A DNA stretch of 64,000 bases from a candidate division WWE3 bacterium RIFOXYC1_FULL_40_10 (GTDB taxonomy: Bacteria > Patescibacteriota > WWE3 > UBA101185 > UBA10185), in the NCBI GenBank assembly GCA_001773215.1, contig MEWB01000001.1, positions 5,964 to 69,963 on the forward strand, given 5' to 3'. Each line of letters starts with the position of its first letter. Within the stretch, counting starts at the first letter, position 1. Under the pieces are notes generated by a model. It had not been told where the DNA came from. It ran no database searches and saw nothing but the letters and a program-made list of their open reading frames with translations. The translations under genes and the position numbers were made by a program. Shown here in pieces: positions 49,222 to 62,126 of this stretch.

Positions 49222-50235
49222 ATGGCGTTCACTGGTAAAAAAAACAGAGTTGTTACTATTGGCGGTGGAACAGGGGCTTACGTTGTTCTAAATAGTATAA
49301 AAGAGGTTGATGTTAATCTAACGGCTATAGTCACAATGATGGATTCAGGGGGATCTACGGGAAGGTTACGGGACCAACTTGGGGTTTTACCGCCGGGTGA
49401 TTTGAGACAGGCACTTGTGGCCTTGTCTGACACTCCGGAAATATGGCGAGAACTTTTGACATACCGCTTTAGTGGTGGAGATTTAGACGGTCATAACTTT
49501 GGCAATTTGTTTATTACAGCCCTAGAGAAAATGACGGGCTCTTTAGAGTCGGCTGTGGCCAAAGCAAGCACTTTACTCGATGTAAGAGGTAAAGTTGTAC
49601 CCATAACTTACTCCGATACTACACTTGCGGCAAGATATGCAGATGGATCCGTTATTGAGGGGGAAGCTTCCATAGACGATTCTCCTACAAAACGACCCAG
49701 AATAGAGTACATGTACTTAGTACCAAACGCTGTGGCCAATCCTGCGGCGATTGAGGAAATCATGAAAGCAGATTTCATAATTTTGGGTCCGGGGGATATT
49801 TTTACCAGTATCATCCCGAACTTTTTAGTAAACGGTGTAAGTGAGGCTTTATGCAAAACAAAAGCTAAGAAGATATATATAGTCAACCTGATGACTAAAA
49901 GGGGACAAACCGACGACTTCAGCGCTTCAGATCACGTTTATGAAATCGAGAAATACTACGGTGGTTTTTTGGACTATGTAATAGTAAACACACGTGAACC
50001 TGATCTCGAAATTATTGAGTGGTATAAAAAACTGGATAATGTTGATCCTGTAGAGGATGATCTGGACGCTAAAAGAGTTACCGAAGCTAAAATTGTGAGA
50101 GCAGACTTGATCGGGAAACTAACATTCGAAAGGAATGTTTCCGATCGTGTTAAAAGAAGCCTTATTCGGCATGATCCTCAGAAACTAAGTTCCGTTTTAT
50201 CTCAAGCTTTCTCCTACTACTCTAAACACTCCTAG
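49222..50235 (+). CDS. yvcK: YvcK/CofD-family gluconeogenesis factor (UPF0052)
   Basis: VVTIGGGTG...IVTMMDSGGSTGRLRDQLGVLPPGDLRQALVALS, the family signature. Confidence 0.8.
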   Translation: MAFTGKKNRVVTIGGGTGAYVVLNSIKEVDVNLTAIVTMMDSGGSTGRLRDQLGVLPPGDLRQALVALSDTPEIWRELLTYRFSGGDLDGHNFGNLFITALEKMTGSLESAVAKASTLLDVRGKVVPITYSDTTLAARYADGSVIEGEASIDDSPTKRPRIEYMYLVPNAVANPAAIEEIMKADFIILGPGDIFTSIIPNFLVNGVSEALCKTKAKKIYIVNLMTKRGQTDDFSASDHVYEIEKYYGGFLDYVIVNTREPDLEIIEWYKKLDNVDPVEDDLDAKRVTEAKIVRADLIGKLTFERNVSDRVKRSLIRHDPQKLSSVLSQAFSYYSKHS

Positions 50236-51105
50236 CAAATAGGTAGTTAATAGCATTAGAAATACAAGTGGCAAGGGGTATTTTTTCATATAGTGCTTCT
50301 TAATAAATAAACCCATTGCCTGGGTGGATAGTTTTTGCATTTTCAAGCGATGTTTCAAAGGTTTTTTCACTATATTTCTAGTGGTATTTCTTATTCCTAC
50401 GGATCCTCCCTTCCAATGAAGGGATTTCCATTGGGGTAGGTACATAATCTTCCAACCGGCCTGTTTTATCCTGTAACAAGTGTCCACGTCTTCTCCATAT
50501 AAGAAAAAGAGCTCGTCAAAACCGCTTATGTTTTCTAAAGTTTCTCTTCGGGTAAACATAAAGTGGGATATGCATAAATCTATTTCGTGAGGTTGCTCCA
50601 TATTACGACCCAACAAAAAATACTGATTGAAGAAGGGGTCGTTGGGGAAGATCCTACCTAACCCGAATAGTCTACAGATAGAGTTCCAGGGTGTTGGAAA
50701 TCCCCTGTGGGCATCCATATCCAGGCTACCGTCTTTTAATACGAGTTTACATGTTGCAGCACCAACTTGCCTGTTCGAGTCTTCTTCGAAGTAATTGAAG
50801 AGCCCTGTTAGGGTGTTTGGCTCTGGAATAGCGTCTAGCCCTAAAAACAATATATATTTCCCCGTCGATTGCTTGTAGGCAATATTATAAGCCCTTGATA
50901 AGCCCTCGTTGTCCCCTTTTATTAATCTTACCCAAGGGTAGTTTTCTGAAATAATCCTAACCGAGTTGTCGGTTGATCCTTGATCTTTCACAATAACCTC
51001 AAGATCTTCAAACTCAGATTCTTTAATTTTTTTTAGATTATCCAAACAATTTTCAATGAATTTCTCTTCATTTGTTCCTACTAATATTATTGATATTTTT
51101 GCCAC
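50197..51105 (-). CDS. glycosyltransferase family 2
   Basis: ISIILVGTNEE...LEVIVKDQGSTD, DxD region. The 3' end overlaps the convergent yvcK by about 39 nt. Confidence 0.7.
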   Translation of the reverse strand: MAKISIILVGTNEEKFIENCLDNLKKIKESEFEDLEVIVKDQGSTDNSVRIISENYPWVRLIKGDNEGLSRAYNIAYKQSTGKYILFLGLDAIPEPNTLTGLFNYFEEDSNRQVGAATCKLVLKDGSLDMDAHRGFPTPWNSICRLFGLGRIFPNDPFFNQYFLLGRNMEQPHEIDLCISHFMFTRRETLENISGFDELFFLYGEDVDTCYRIKQAGWKIMYLPQWKSLHWKGGSVGIRNTTRNIVKKPLKHRLKMQKLSTQAMGLFIKKHYMKKYPLPLVFLMLLTTYLLGVFRVVGESLR

Positions 51106-51130
51106 CTCCGTATTATACTAAACGGGCAAT

Positions 51131-51763
51131 ATGTTTGACATAAGTTCGCAAGAATTAAAACTACCAAAGGTTCGATTGATAAGCTTCAAAAGATTTATAG
51201 ACGAGCGAGGATTCTTTACCGAACCTTATAGAGAAAGTGATATCAGAAACCTTGGTGAAGGATTTGAAAATTTCAAAGTTGTACAGGTAAATGAAAGTCG
51301 CTCTCCAGGCAACATCATTAGGGGGCTGCATTTCCAATGGAATCCTTACATGGGAAAGCTTGTTAGGCCTTTACAAGGAACTTTATTTGAAGTGCTACTG
51401 GATATAAGAAAAGATTCACCCACATTTGGAAAAACAATAATTGTTAAGATTTCCCGTAACGTGAAAGACGAGTTTGATAATTGGCTATGGTCTCCTCCCG
51501 GAATTGCTCACGGATTTTTCTGTTTGGAAGAAACCGTAATGGAATATTTATGCACCGGAGAGTATACAAAAAAGTTTGAAGCTACAATTAATCCTCTATC
51601 CGAAGACATAGATTGGTCACTGGCGGATCCCGAACTTTATGATATTTACAAAGGGGTACTCGGCAACCAACCTATCCTTTCGGAACGTGACCTTGCTGGT
51701 TATTCCGTAAAAGGTTGGTCGGAAAGTCCTGACTCAGACAATTTTCTTTTTGCTAACTTATGA
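51131..51763 (+). CDS. rmlC: dTDP-4-dehydrorhamnose 3,5-epimerase
   Basis: Cupin RmlC motifs RGLHFQ and GIAHGF. Confidence 0.8.
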   Translation: MFDISSQELKLPKVRLISFKRFIDERGFFTEPYRESDIRNLGEGFENFKVVQVNESRSPGNIIRGLHFQWNPYMGKLVRPLQGTLFEVLLDIRKDSPTFGKTIIVKISRNVKDEFDNWLWSPPGIAHGFFCLEETVMEYLCTGEYTKKFEATINPLSEDIDWSLADPELYDIYKGVLGNQPILSERDLAGYSVKGWSESPDSDNFLFANL

Positions 51764-52512
51764 AAACGACCATTTCTCAAAATGAGCTATTAGTAATCGG
51801 GGGCGCAGGGTTGCTTGGTACAGAGCTCAAGAAATATTTCCCCCAGGCACATTTTACGGATAAGGAACTGATAGATGTCACCAAACCGGAAACTATAGAT
51901 ACCTTTCTTGATAACAACACTATTAAGACTGTGGTGCATATGGCAGCACTCATGCCTCCTAAAAAAAGTGATGAAGACCCTGCTGCATCCGTGCAAGTCA
52001 ACATAATTGGAGTTGCAAATGTTGCAGTGGCTTGCATGAAAAGAAATATTCGAATGATCTATATCTCAACAGATTATGTTTTCCGTGGGGATGAAGGTGA
52101 CTACAAAGAAGAGGATTCGTTATACGCTCCCAACAAATACGCTTGGTCAAAATTAGGCGGGGAGTGTGTAATGCGAATGTACGGTAATGGGGTAATTGTA
52201 AGGCTATCTTTTGGCCCAATGAAATTTCCTTATCCAAAAGCTTTTAGTGACCAATATACAAGTAAAGAGTCTGTGGGTGTGGTTGCCCAAAAAATTGCCA
52301 AGATCATAGAGTCAGACTTTTTAGGTGTGATTCACATTGGAGGAAAAAGAAGATCGGTTTTTGAGTATGCTAAGTCATTAGAGGGATCCGAGGCTGTTGA
52401 GGCTATGTCAAGGTTGGATGTTAGGGATTATATTGTGCCTAAAGACACTTCTCTCAACTCAACAAAATACGATCAGCTATTTAATTCCGAGAAAGAATAC
52501 GGACTAATATGA
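51760..52512 (+). CDS. rmlD: dTDP-4-dehydrorhamnose reductase-like SDR (RmlD family)
   Basis: N-terminal GGAGLLG Rossmann motif and YxxxK (YAWSK). Overlapping start. Confidence 0.5.
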   Translation: MKTTISQNELLVIGGAGLLGTELKKYFPQAHFTDKELIDVTKPETIDTFLDNNTIKTVVHMAALMPPKKSDEDPAASVQVNIIGVANVAVACMKRNIRMIYISTDYVFRGDEGDYKEEDSLYAPNKYAWSKLGGECVMRMYGNGVIVRLSFGPMKFPYPKAFSDQYTSKESVGVVAQKIAKIIESDFLGVIHIGGKRRSVFEYAKSLEGSEAVEAMSRLDVRDYIVPKDTSLNSTKYDQLFNSEKEYGLI

Positions 52513-53510
52513 AGAACGTAATTATCACTGGAGCAACAGGTTTCTATGGGCATCATTTGGTTAGGTATTTATTAGCTACCACCGATTGGAATATCATCGC
52601 GATGGGAAGAGAAAATTACGCAGGAAATTTGAATCGTTTATATGAGTTAGAAGAGTTCAGAAATAATAAGGATAGGGTTAGAATAATTTGGCATGATTTG
52701 CGCTCTGCAATTAACGATGTGGTTGGTAGACAAATTACGCGAGGGGAGCATGTTGATTACATTTTTCATACCGCAGCTTCTTCTCATGTCACCAGATCAA
52801 TCCAGGACCCCATGTCGTTTGTTTATGACAATGTTGTGGGCACTGCAAATTTGCTGGAATTTGCCAGAAAGTTAGAAGGATTAACCAGGTTTTTGTATTT
52901 CTCTACCGATGAGGTATTTGGTCCCTCAGCAGGAGATGGTTATAAATTTAAGCCGTGGGATAGATACCGGGCAGGCAACCCCTATTCGGCCACGAAAGCA
53001 GGTGGGGAGGAGCTTTGTGTAGCATATGAAAACACTTTCAAGATCCCTTTGATTATTTCACATTGTATGAATATTTTAGGAGAACGCCAGCACCCGGAAA
53101 AGTACCTCCCAAGGATAATTAAACATATTATGTCTGGTGAAGAGGTTACTGTTCATACCGATTCCGAGAGGAAAAACCCTTGTAAGCGACACTACATCAT
53201 TGCCGATGAGGTTTCTAACGCTCTCACCTTTATGTTGGAAAATGGGAAGGTAGGGGAGAAATATAACATAGAAGGGCAAAAGGAATTGGATAACCTGGAA
53301 CTTGCCAAGTATGTGGCCGGCAAGCTTGGGATGGAGTTAAAATACAAGTTAGTACCGGCTGAGGTAGATAGACCAGGCCACGATTTCGAGTATGCCTTGG
53401 ATAATTCAGCTCTTAGAAGTCTTGGATATACTGAGAAACACAGTTTTAGTGAGAAGCTGGACAAGGCTATCTATTGGTATAGGGATAATCCTTACTGGTT
53501 GGCTTTATAA
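52509..53510 (+). CDS. rmlB: dTDP-glucose 4,6-dehydratase-like NAD-dependent epimerase/dehydratase
   Basis: ITGATGFYG, YSATKAGGEEL catalytic YxxxK, FPEKYLPR region like RmlB. Confidence 0.6.
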   Translation: MKNVIITGATGFYGHHLVRYLLATTDWNIIAMGRENYAGNLNRLYELEEFRNNKDRVRIIWHDLRSAINDVVGRQITRGEHVDYIFHTAASSHVTRSIQDPMSFVYDNVVGTANLLEFARKLEGLTRFLYFSTDEVFGPSAGDGYKFKPWDRYRAGNPYSATKAGGEELCVAYENTFKIPLIISHCMNILGERQHPEKYLPRIIKHIMSGEEVTVHTDSERKNPCKRHYIIADEVSNALTFMLENGKVGEKYNIEGQKELDNLELAKYVAGKLGMELKYKLVPAEVDRPGHDFEYALDNSALRSLGYTEKHSFSEKLDKAIYWYRDNPYWLAL

Positions 53511-53858
53511 AATTTCAAGTATCCCAAGTAATACTATTAAAAGCACAAAAGCTATAAGTCCTATTATCAAAGTAATTCCAATTTTGTTTCCCATTTTAAC
53601 TTTATTTTCATACCATGGTTGAAATTCCTTTGCATCCACATAGTATTTTCCACTTACTTCTTTAATAAAGGGCATGAGCTGTATGAATTTATTCGGGTCG
53701 CCTGATCGATACCCCGTTTCCATCCAGTCATATCTATCCATCTTGATGGCTTTATCAGGAGATAAGGCAGTTCTGTCTCGGAAGAAAAAGAAGGCTTTGG
53801 TCAGGGGGTTATCTCGAGGATTGCATGGATAGACACTGTAGTTGTTATGGAAGTACAT
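53505..53858 (-). CDS. hypothetical protein with C-terminal TM helix
   Basis: 117-aa ORF. Confidence 0.45.
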   Translation of the reverse strand: MYFHNNYSVYPCNPRDNPLTKAFFFFRDRTALSPDKAIKMDRYDWMETGYRSGDPNKFIQLMPFIKEVSGKYYVDAKEFQPWYENKVKMGNKIGITLIIGLIAFVLLIVLLGILEIL

Positions 53859-54034
53859 GTATATAGTATAACATTACCGCCGAAAATCATTGACACGCAA
53901 TATCTATAATGGTAAAAAGATTCTTGCCTAACAAGGCAATCGGAATGGAGTTCATTCTTCCGCGATATTGTGTCGCCGGAAGCTCTGGATCCTCATATAA
54001 AAATAATATAATATTGGTTGATCGTAAGCTCTGT

Positions 54035-54110
54035 GGGCCGTTAGCTTAGTTGGTAGAGCGCTTCGTTTGCAACGAAGAGGTCAGCGGTTCGAATCCGCTA
54101 CGGTCCACCA
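54035..54110 (+). tRNA. tRNA-Ala (TGC)
   Basis: Acceptor GGGCCGT/ACGGTCC with the G3:U70 Ala identity pair. Anticodon loop TTTGCAA. T-arm AGCGGTTCGAATCCGCT, CCA encoded. Immediately upstream of the 23S. Confidence 0.9.
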
Positions 54111-54163
54111 AAAAGATATTTAGTTTGGATGGATAGGCCAGATGGGACAAGAATCCGCTACGG

Positions 54164-54183
54164 CCTGCCTGCCGGCAGGCAGG
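54164..54183. repeat. second copy of the 20-bp perfect palindrome CCTGCCTGCCGGCAGGCAGG, inserted in a duplicate of the tRNA-Ala 3' end
   Basis: GAATCCGCTACGG|pal|TCCACCAAAAAGAT duplicates tRNA bases 54091..54103 and the tail 54104..54117. Confidence 0.85.
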
Positions 54184-54314
54184 TCCACCAAAAAGATTTT
54201 TAAGTTCTTTGAAAACTGAACAGAAGGTCAAAATTAACAACATGAATTTTACCGATTTGATTAAGTATTTATACTCGATCGATCGTTCAAAGAAAGTAAT
54301 TTCTAATTAGTAAA

Positions 54315-57330
<3,016 letters not shown>

Positions 57331-57398
57331 TTTTTACTACTTTAATTTGTGCTGCTAATGAGATCTTCTGATCAGTTTTCAGAGAATTTGTGTATATT

Positions 57399-57515
57399 CT
57401 CTCGGTGGTGATAGCGGTGGTGACACACCTCTTTCCATTCCGAACAGAGAAGTTAAGGCCACCCGCGCCGAAAATACTTGGTAGAATGCCTGGGAAAATA
57501 GGTCGCCGCCGGGAT
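57399..57515 (+). rRNA. rrf: 5S ribosomal RNA
   Basis: Helix I CTCGGTGGTG/CGCCGCCGGG. Loop CCGAACAGAGAAGTTAAG matches the 5S consensus (CCGAACTCAGAAGTGAAAC). Confidence 0.85.
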
Positions 57516-57630
57516 AATATACATAAGTTCCGTGTTTTTTGTTCTATTGGCTCCCTTATCACATCTCTAAGCTCGTTTTACTCGCTAAGATCTGTGGTAT
57601 AGGCCGCCGCCGGGATAATATACATAAGTC
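57500..57630. repeat. 30-bp direct repeat AGG(T/C)CGCCGCCGGGATAATATACATAAGT (copy 1 is the 5S 3' end plus 16 nt; copy 2 is 101 bp downstream)
   Basis: 29/30 identity between 57500..57529 and 57601..57630. Confidence 0.8.
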
Positions 57631-57648
57631 TTGTGCTATTATTTACTC

Positions 57649-58611
57649 ATGGCCTTTTCACCCGCCGAAAACCCACCTAGTTTCATAACTTCACTAGCGC
57701 CCGAAACTGGTCGTCCCCGACAAACTTACTTAGAAACTGCAATAAAACACATTAAACCTACTACAGACGTGAGATTAATCGAGGCAGGATTAGCCGCCTA
57801 TTACAACACGCCTGCCGAAAGAGCTTCCATATCAGAGTGGGCGAGTGACTCATCAGCTTTGTTACAACGGGTGGAGGAATATACATGGATAAAGCCGCCG
57901 TCGCGTTATGGGATGGAACTGGTTTTGAAGAAAGTGTTCGAAGAAAAAGAGTACAAGAAGGCTTTGGCTAGATTTACGGAAAAATCGGGATGGGAGGGAG
58001 GGTTTATTGAGCATCCAGAAGCTATTGTTGCGAATGTTAGAGCAGTTCTAGAGTCTCAACGTCAGTTACCTTTTGCTGAAGCTAAAACAATCCGTCATGG
58101 TGACGCAAGAAGGTTGGTTTCAAATACTATTTATAATTCCGATAGCGGAGACCCGATTGATAGGTTTGCGAAGGCAGAGAATCGGCCGATCATTCGCCGC
58201 AATATACAGGCGGTCTTGGGAAGTTTCCCGGAAGATGCACGGACTGAATTATTCTGGGCGCAAGTAATTTGGAGGGTAGAGAATATTATAGACTCTCAAC
58301 GACCAAAGTCACCTGGGGAAGGGAGTCCCGAAAACTTGGCGGAAACAATACTAGCTAATGAAATCGAACTGGCCGGTTTGAAGGGGCTGTATGGGTATGT
58401 TAGAAAGTTTTCATACGGAAAAGATAGCTATGGCGGCGTAACACGCCAGGACGTAATCAACAATCTCAATGGAAAGGGGCTGGGAGACAGAATCCAGTTT
58501 GGATCAGATGCAACAATAATTGTTGATGGCAAATCGTTGAGTCGTTCAGATCCGGTCAGAGAAATAGAAGTGATGAGGGCTTTACTAAATCTCCACAACC
58601 CCGCAAACTAG
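57649..58611 (+). CDS. hypothetical protein
   Basis: About 320 aa from MAFSPAEN. No motif recognised. Starts directly after 5S repeat copy 2. Confidence 0.5.
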   Translation: MAFSPAENPPSFITSLAPETGRPRQTYLETAIKHIKPTTDVRLIEAGLAAYYNTPAERASISEWASDSSALLQRVEEYTWIKPPSRYGMELVLKKVFEEKEYKKALARFTEKSGWEGGFIEHPEAIVANVRAVLESQRQLPFAEAKTIRHGDARRLVSNTIYNSDSGDPIDRFAKAENRPIIRRNIQAVLGSFPEDARTELFWAQVIWRVENIIDSQRPKSPGEGSPENLAETILANEIELAGLKGLYGYVRKFSYGKDSYGGVTRQDVINNLNGKGLGDRIQFGSDATIIVDGKSLSRSDPVREIEVMRALLNLHNPAN

Positions 58612-58704
58612 TTGAATTTTTCCTTATTATCTGTTATCCTCACTCAGCTTGTAGCCGGTACAACAAAAAAGTATTTATTTACACGGCCAAGATAATTTTA
58701 ATTC

Positions 58705-59811
58705 ATGCCAAAATCAAGAAAAGTTCATAAAGAGTCATCCGCGATGTCTCAGCACTATAAAGATGCTGATATGGGTTTAAAAGACCTACATCCGGGAGAT
58801 TTAATCGAAGGAGTAGTAGTCAGCGTTTCACATGGAGAGGTTTTAGTAGATGTTGGGTCTAAGTCGGAGGGAATAATATCGGGAGCCGAACTAGTAGACG
58901 AAGATAACACTCATAAAAATCTAAAACCGGGTGATACCCTGTTAGCTAAGGTTCTACAAGTAGAAAATGACCAAGGATATATCGTTTTATCATTAAAACG
59001 AGCCGAAAAAGACCGAAAATGGAAAGACGCTCAAGATGCGCTCGACAGCCAGGCCTCGTTGGAAGCTATTGTTATCGAATATAATAAAGGCGGTTTGTTA
59101 GCCGATTGTATTGGGTTAAGGGGATTTATTCCGCTTTCCCACTTGGACCGAGCCCACTTTGCCAACGACATAGCAAGATTTGCTGCAGGTAGTGAGGCAG
59201 AGCTTAAAGAGTCGTTAAAAGTGTTGTCCGGGAAAACCCTCAAGGTAAAAGTCATCGAGTTGGACAAGGAAAAAAACAGATTCGTATTATCCGAAAAAGA
59301 TGCACTTTCTACCTACAGCGACGAAGCTAGAGAATTACGCCTGGATAAGATAAAAGACGGTGACATTTTAGAGGGAATTGTTACGGGTATTATGCCATTT
59401 GGTGTATTTATCGATTTAGACGGCGTAGAAGGCTTGGTACACATCAGCGAAATAGCTTGGGAAAAAGTCAGCCACCCGTCATTATATTTTAAGGTGGGTG
59501 AGTCTGTAAAAGTTTTGGTTTTAGGCGTAGACGAACAATCGAAAAAGCTGGCACTGAGTGTAAAAAGGCTCTCCGACAATCCTTGGGAAACAGTTGAAAC
59601 CAAATATCCTGTTGGATCTAAGGTAAAAGGTGTTGTAAGCAAAATAGTGCCGTTTGGGGCTTTTGTTACATTGGAAAAAGGGTTAGATGGTTTGGTACAC
59701 GTTAGCGAAGCCGCCGGTCCTCTAAAAGAGGGTGAAGAGGTTGAAGCTACCGTAGTGCAAGTTGATGGTTCCAAACAGAAGCTTGCCCTAAGTACAAGAA
59801 ATGAAAATTAG
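58705..59811 (+). CDS. rpsA: 30S ribosomal protein S1 (four S1 domains)
   Basis: Repeated S1 OB-fold segments (GDLIEGVV, GGLLADCIGLRGFIPLSH, GDILEGIVTGIMPFGVFIDL, GSKVKGVVSKIVPFGAFV). Confidence 0.8.
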   Translation: MPKSRKVHKESSAMSQHYKDADMGLKDLHPGDLIEGVVVSVSHGEVLVDVGSKSEGIISGAELVDEDNTHKNLKPGDTLLAKVLQVENDQGYIVLSLKRAEKDRKWKDAQDALDSQASLEAIVIEYNKGGLLADCIGLRGFIPLSHLDRAHFANDIARFAAGSEAELKESLKVLSGKTLKVKVIELDKEKNRFVLSEKDALSTYSDEARELRLDKIKDGDILEGIVTGIMPFGVFIDLDGVEGLVHISEIAWEKVSHPSLYFKVGESVKVLVLGVDEQSKKLALSVKRLSDNPWETVETKYPVGSKVKGVVSKIVPFGAFVTLEKGLDGLVHVSEAAGPLKEGEEVEATVVQVDGSKQKLALSTRNEN

Positions 59812-62089
59812 CCAATTAACAATCCGGGCCAGAAATTTGCTTCACGAGTTTGATGGCAAAATAGAAGTTGAATTAGGAAAACTCCTCATCCAGATAGATA
59901 AATCTAATGGATTGGGGAGTTTTCTTATTCATAATGTTCCTTTAACGATTGGGAAGGGCAAGAAAAAACTCAAAATAAACGATCTCATCGTAGAGGCTTT
60001 CTTTCAGGCATCCAAACTCGAGGCATCTTATGTTGGGACAGAGCACTTACTGCTTGCCGGGTTAAAAATTGTACAAGATAAACAGTACGAGAGAGCTAAA
60101 AATTTTCTCGAAAGAGTAAAGGTGTTTCCGGATTACTTGTCTCAACAAGGAAAGACAGACAAGACCCCATATTTATCCAGCTTTTCAACGGTGTTAACCA
60201 AAAAAACTAATTTGAGTAAAGACAAGTTCCCCTTTGAGCGAGCAGAACTGAACTCATTGATATCGGGGTTAATGCTAAAAACCATACAAGGTGTTCTCTT
60301 GGTAGGTGAGCCGGGAGTGGGAAAAAGGGATCTAATTCAAAAACTTGCATCCAAGATGATTCGACTTGAAGTGCCCATATCGTTGATAGGGCGTGATATT
60401 TTCGAGTTTGATATCATAAGTTTTATGACCAGCCTGGCAAACAGAGGTGGTAATTTTGAGTTTGGCATTTCTCAGTTAAATGATGAATTAAGGACGCTAA
60501 ACAAACCGGTTATTTATATAAAAGATTTTCAAAGTTTGTTTTTTAGTACTTCTATGGGAATGACAGCACCGGTTTTTTACAACATGTTTAAGAGTACGAT
60601 TATTGACTCGGGAGCTTATCTGTTGGCGGATTTACCTATGAGTCTGTATGAAAAGATTTTAACTGAAAACGAGCATGTGCTTGATGATTTTTTTGTGGTT
60701 GAAATTACTGAACCTGATGATGCAAGCAATATAATTGCGCTTAAAAAAGCAGCTGAGGAGCTTTCTAAGGCACATGGGGTAAAGATACCGACGAATATCA
60801 TCGACTATGTATACAAAAAGGCAAAAACATTAAATGTCACACTAAAATTTCCTCAAAAAGGCATTGATTTACTGGATCACTGTTGTACTCGGTTAATTCT
60901 AAAAAGCTCCAGAGTGGCTGCAAAATATAAGAAAACTTTTGATGAGAGCATAGAAAGTAACATTGAGTTAGACAATCTATTAGAAAAAGGATCGTATGAG
61001 AAAGCCCTCTCTGCAAAGAAGAAATTGTACACTCTTGGTTCTAAATTGCTAAAAATCAAGGAGTTTTCTCCAGGCAAATATCCGATTTTAACGATTAAAG
61101 CTGTGGATGAGGCTTTGTTAACTTTTAAGGAGGACAAAAGTGTAACTGACGAGAGTATAGACATGACCAAATTTGCCAGCCTGGCAAAAAAAGTTAAAGA
61201 ACGAATTGTTGGCCAGGAAAATGCGGTAGACCTTGTAACGAAAGCCCTAATTAGGTCAAGATTAGGTTTAAGATCAAAGAAGCGCCCACTTGGAAACTTT
61301 CTTTTTCTAGGTCCCACTGGGGTTGGAAAGACCGAATTAGCTAAAGTACTAGCCGATGAATTTTTCGGAGAGGATTCACTTATTAGATTAGATATGAGTG
61401 ATTTTGGTGAAAAACACACTGTGGCAAGGCTTGTAGGGGCTCCTCCGGGATATGTCGGCTATGGTGAAGGGGGCGAGTTAACCACAAAGATATCCAGTAA
61501 ACCCGATTGCGTGGTTCTATTTGATGAGATCGAAAAGGCTCATCCGGACGTGCTAAATATTCTATTACAGATAATGGAAGAAGGGGAGTTAGCTGATGCC
61601 AAGGGTAATACGTTCGATTTTTCAAAAAGTGTAGTAGTTTTAACCAGTAATGCGGGGACTGAAATATTACATAATAGTGAAATAGGGTTTGAACCTAAAC
61701 TATCCGACTCAATTCAAATAGAGAAAAGTTTGCTCCAAAATTTGAAAAAATTGCTTAAACCTGAGCTAATTAACAGATTCGATGAGATTATAGTATTCAA
61801 TCAGTTGAACACAAAAACGCAGAAGCGAGTACTAGATATACTCATAAAAGAGATCACAGATAATTTGCACGCTAAAAACATAAGTCTACAGGTTAAAAAA
61901 GCCGCGAAGGAATATTTGTTGGAAAAAGGATACTCGAAGGAGTATGGGGCGAGGTCGCTCAGGAGAGTTTTGGAAAGAGAGTTACTAGATAGAATTGCAG
62001 AGTACCTCCTAGATAATGAAAAAAGGCCTCTTTTCATTGAGGTAGAGAAGTCGGGGAAAGGCTTAGGTGTAGTTCCCACAGACCTATAG
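59801..62089 (+). CDS. Clp/Hsp100-family AAA+ ATPase (ClpC-like) with degenerate D1 nucleotide-binding motifs
   Basis: N-terminal Clp-N-like repeat. D1 Walker A GEPGVGKR (T to R), and the expected hhhhDE Walker B position reads VIYIKDF. D2 is canonical GPTGVGKT, Walker B VVLFDEIEKAH, sensor regions. Confidence 0.75.
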   Translation: MKISQLTIRARNLLHEFDGKIEVELGKLLIQIDKSNGLGSFLIHNVPLTIGKGKKKLKINDLIVEAFFQASKLEASYVGTEHLLLAGLKIVQDKQYERAKNFLERVKVFPDYLSQQGKTDKTPYLSSFSTVLTKKTNLSKDKFPFERAELNSLISGLMLKTIQGVLLVGEPGVGKRDLIQKLASKMIRLEVPISLIGRDIFEFDIISFMTSLANRGGNFEFGISQLNDELRTLNKPVIYIKDFQSLFFSTSMGMTAPVFYNMFKSTIIDSGAYLLADLPMSLYEKILTENEHVLDDFFVVEITEPDDASNIIALKKAAEELSKAHGVKIPTNIIDYVYKKAKTLNVTLKFPQKGIDLLDHCCTRLILKSSRVAAKYKKTFDESIESNIELDNLLEKGSYEKALSAKKKLYTLGSKLLKIKEFSPGKYPILTIKAVDEALLTFKEDKSVTDESIDMTKFASLAKKVKERIVGQENAVDLVTKALIRSRLGLRSKKRPLGNFLFLGPTGVGKTELAKVLADEFFGEDSLIRLDMSDFGEKHTVARLVGAPPGYVGYGEGGELTTKISSKPDCVVLFDEIEKAHPDVLNILLQIMEEGELADAKGNTFDFSKSVVVLTSNAGTEILHNSEIGFEPKLSDSIQIEKSLLQNLKKLLKPELINRFDEIIVFNQLNTKTQKRVLDILIKEITDNLHAKNISLQVKKAAKEYLLEKGYSKEYGARSLRRVLERELLDRIAEYLLDNEKRPLFIEVEKSGKGLGVVPTDL

Positions 62090-62090
62090 C

Positions 62091-62119
62091 TTGACGAGTA
62101 TGTAATTTCATGTTAAAAT
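62091..62119 (+). promoter_or_regulatory. sigma70-type promoter TTGACG-N17-TAAAAT
   Basis: Drives an ORF-free region. Located right after the clpC-like stop. Confidence 0.55.
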
Positions 62120-62126
62120 CCCCGCA

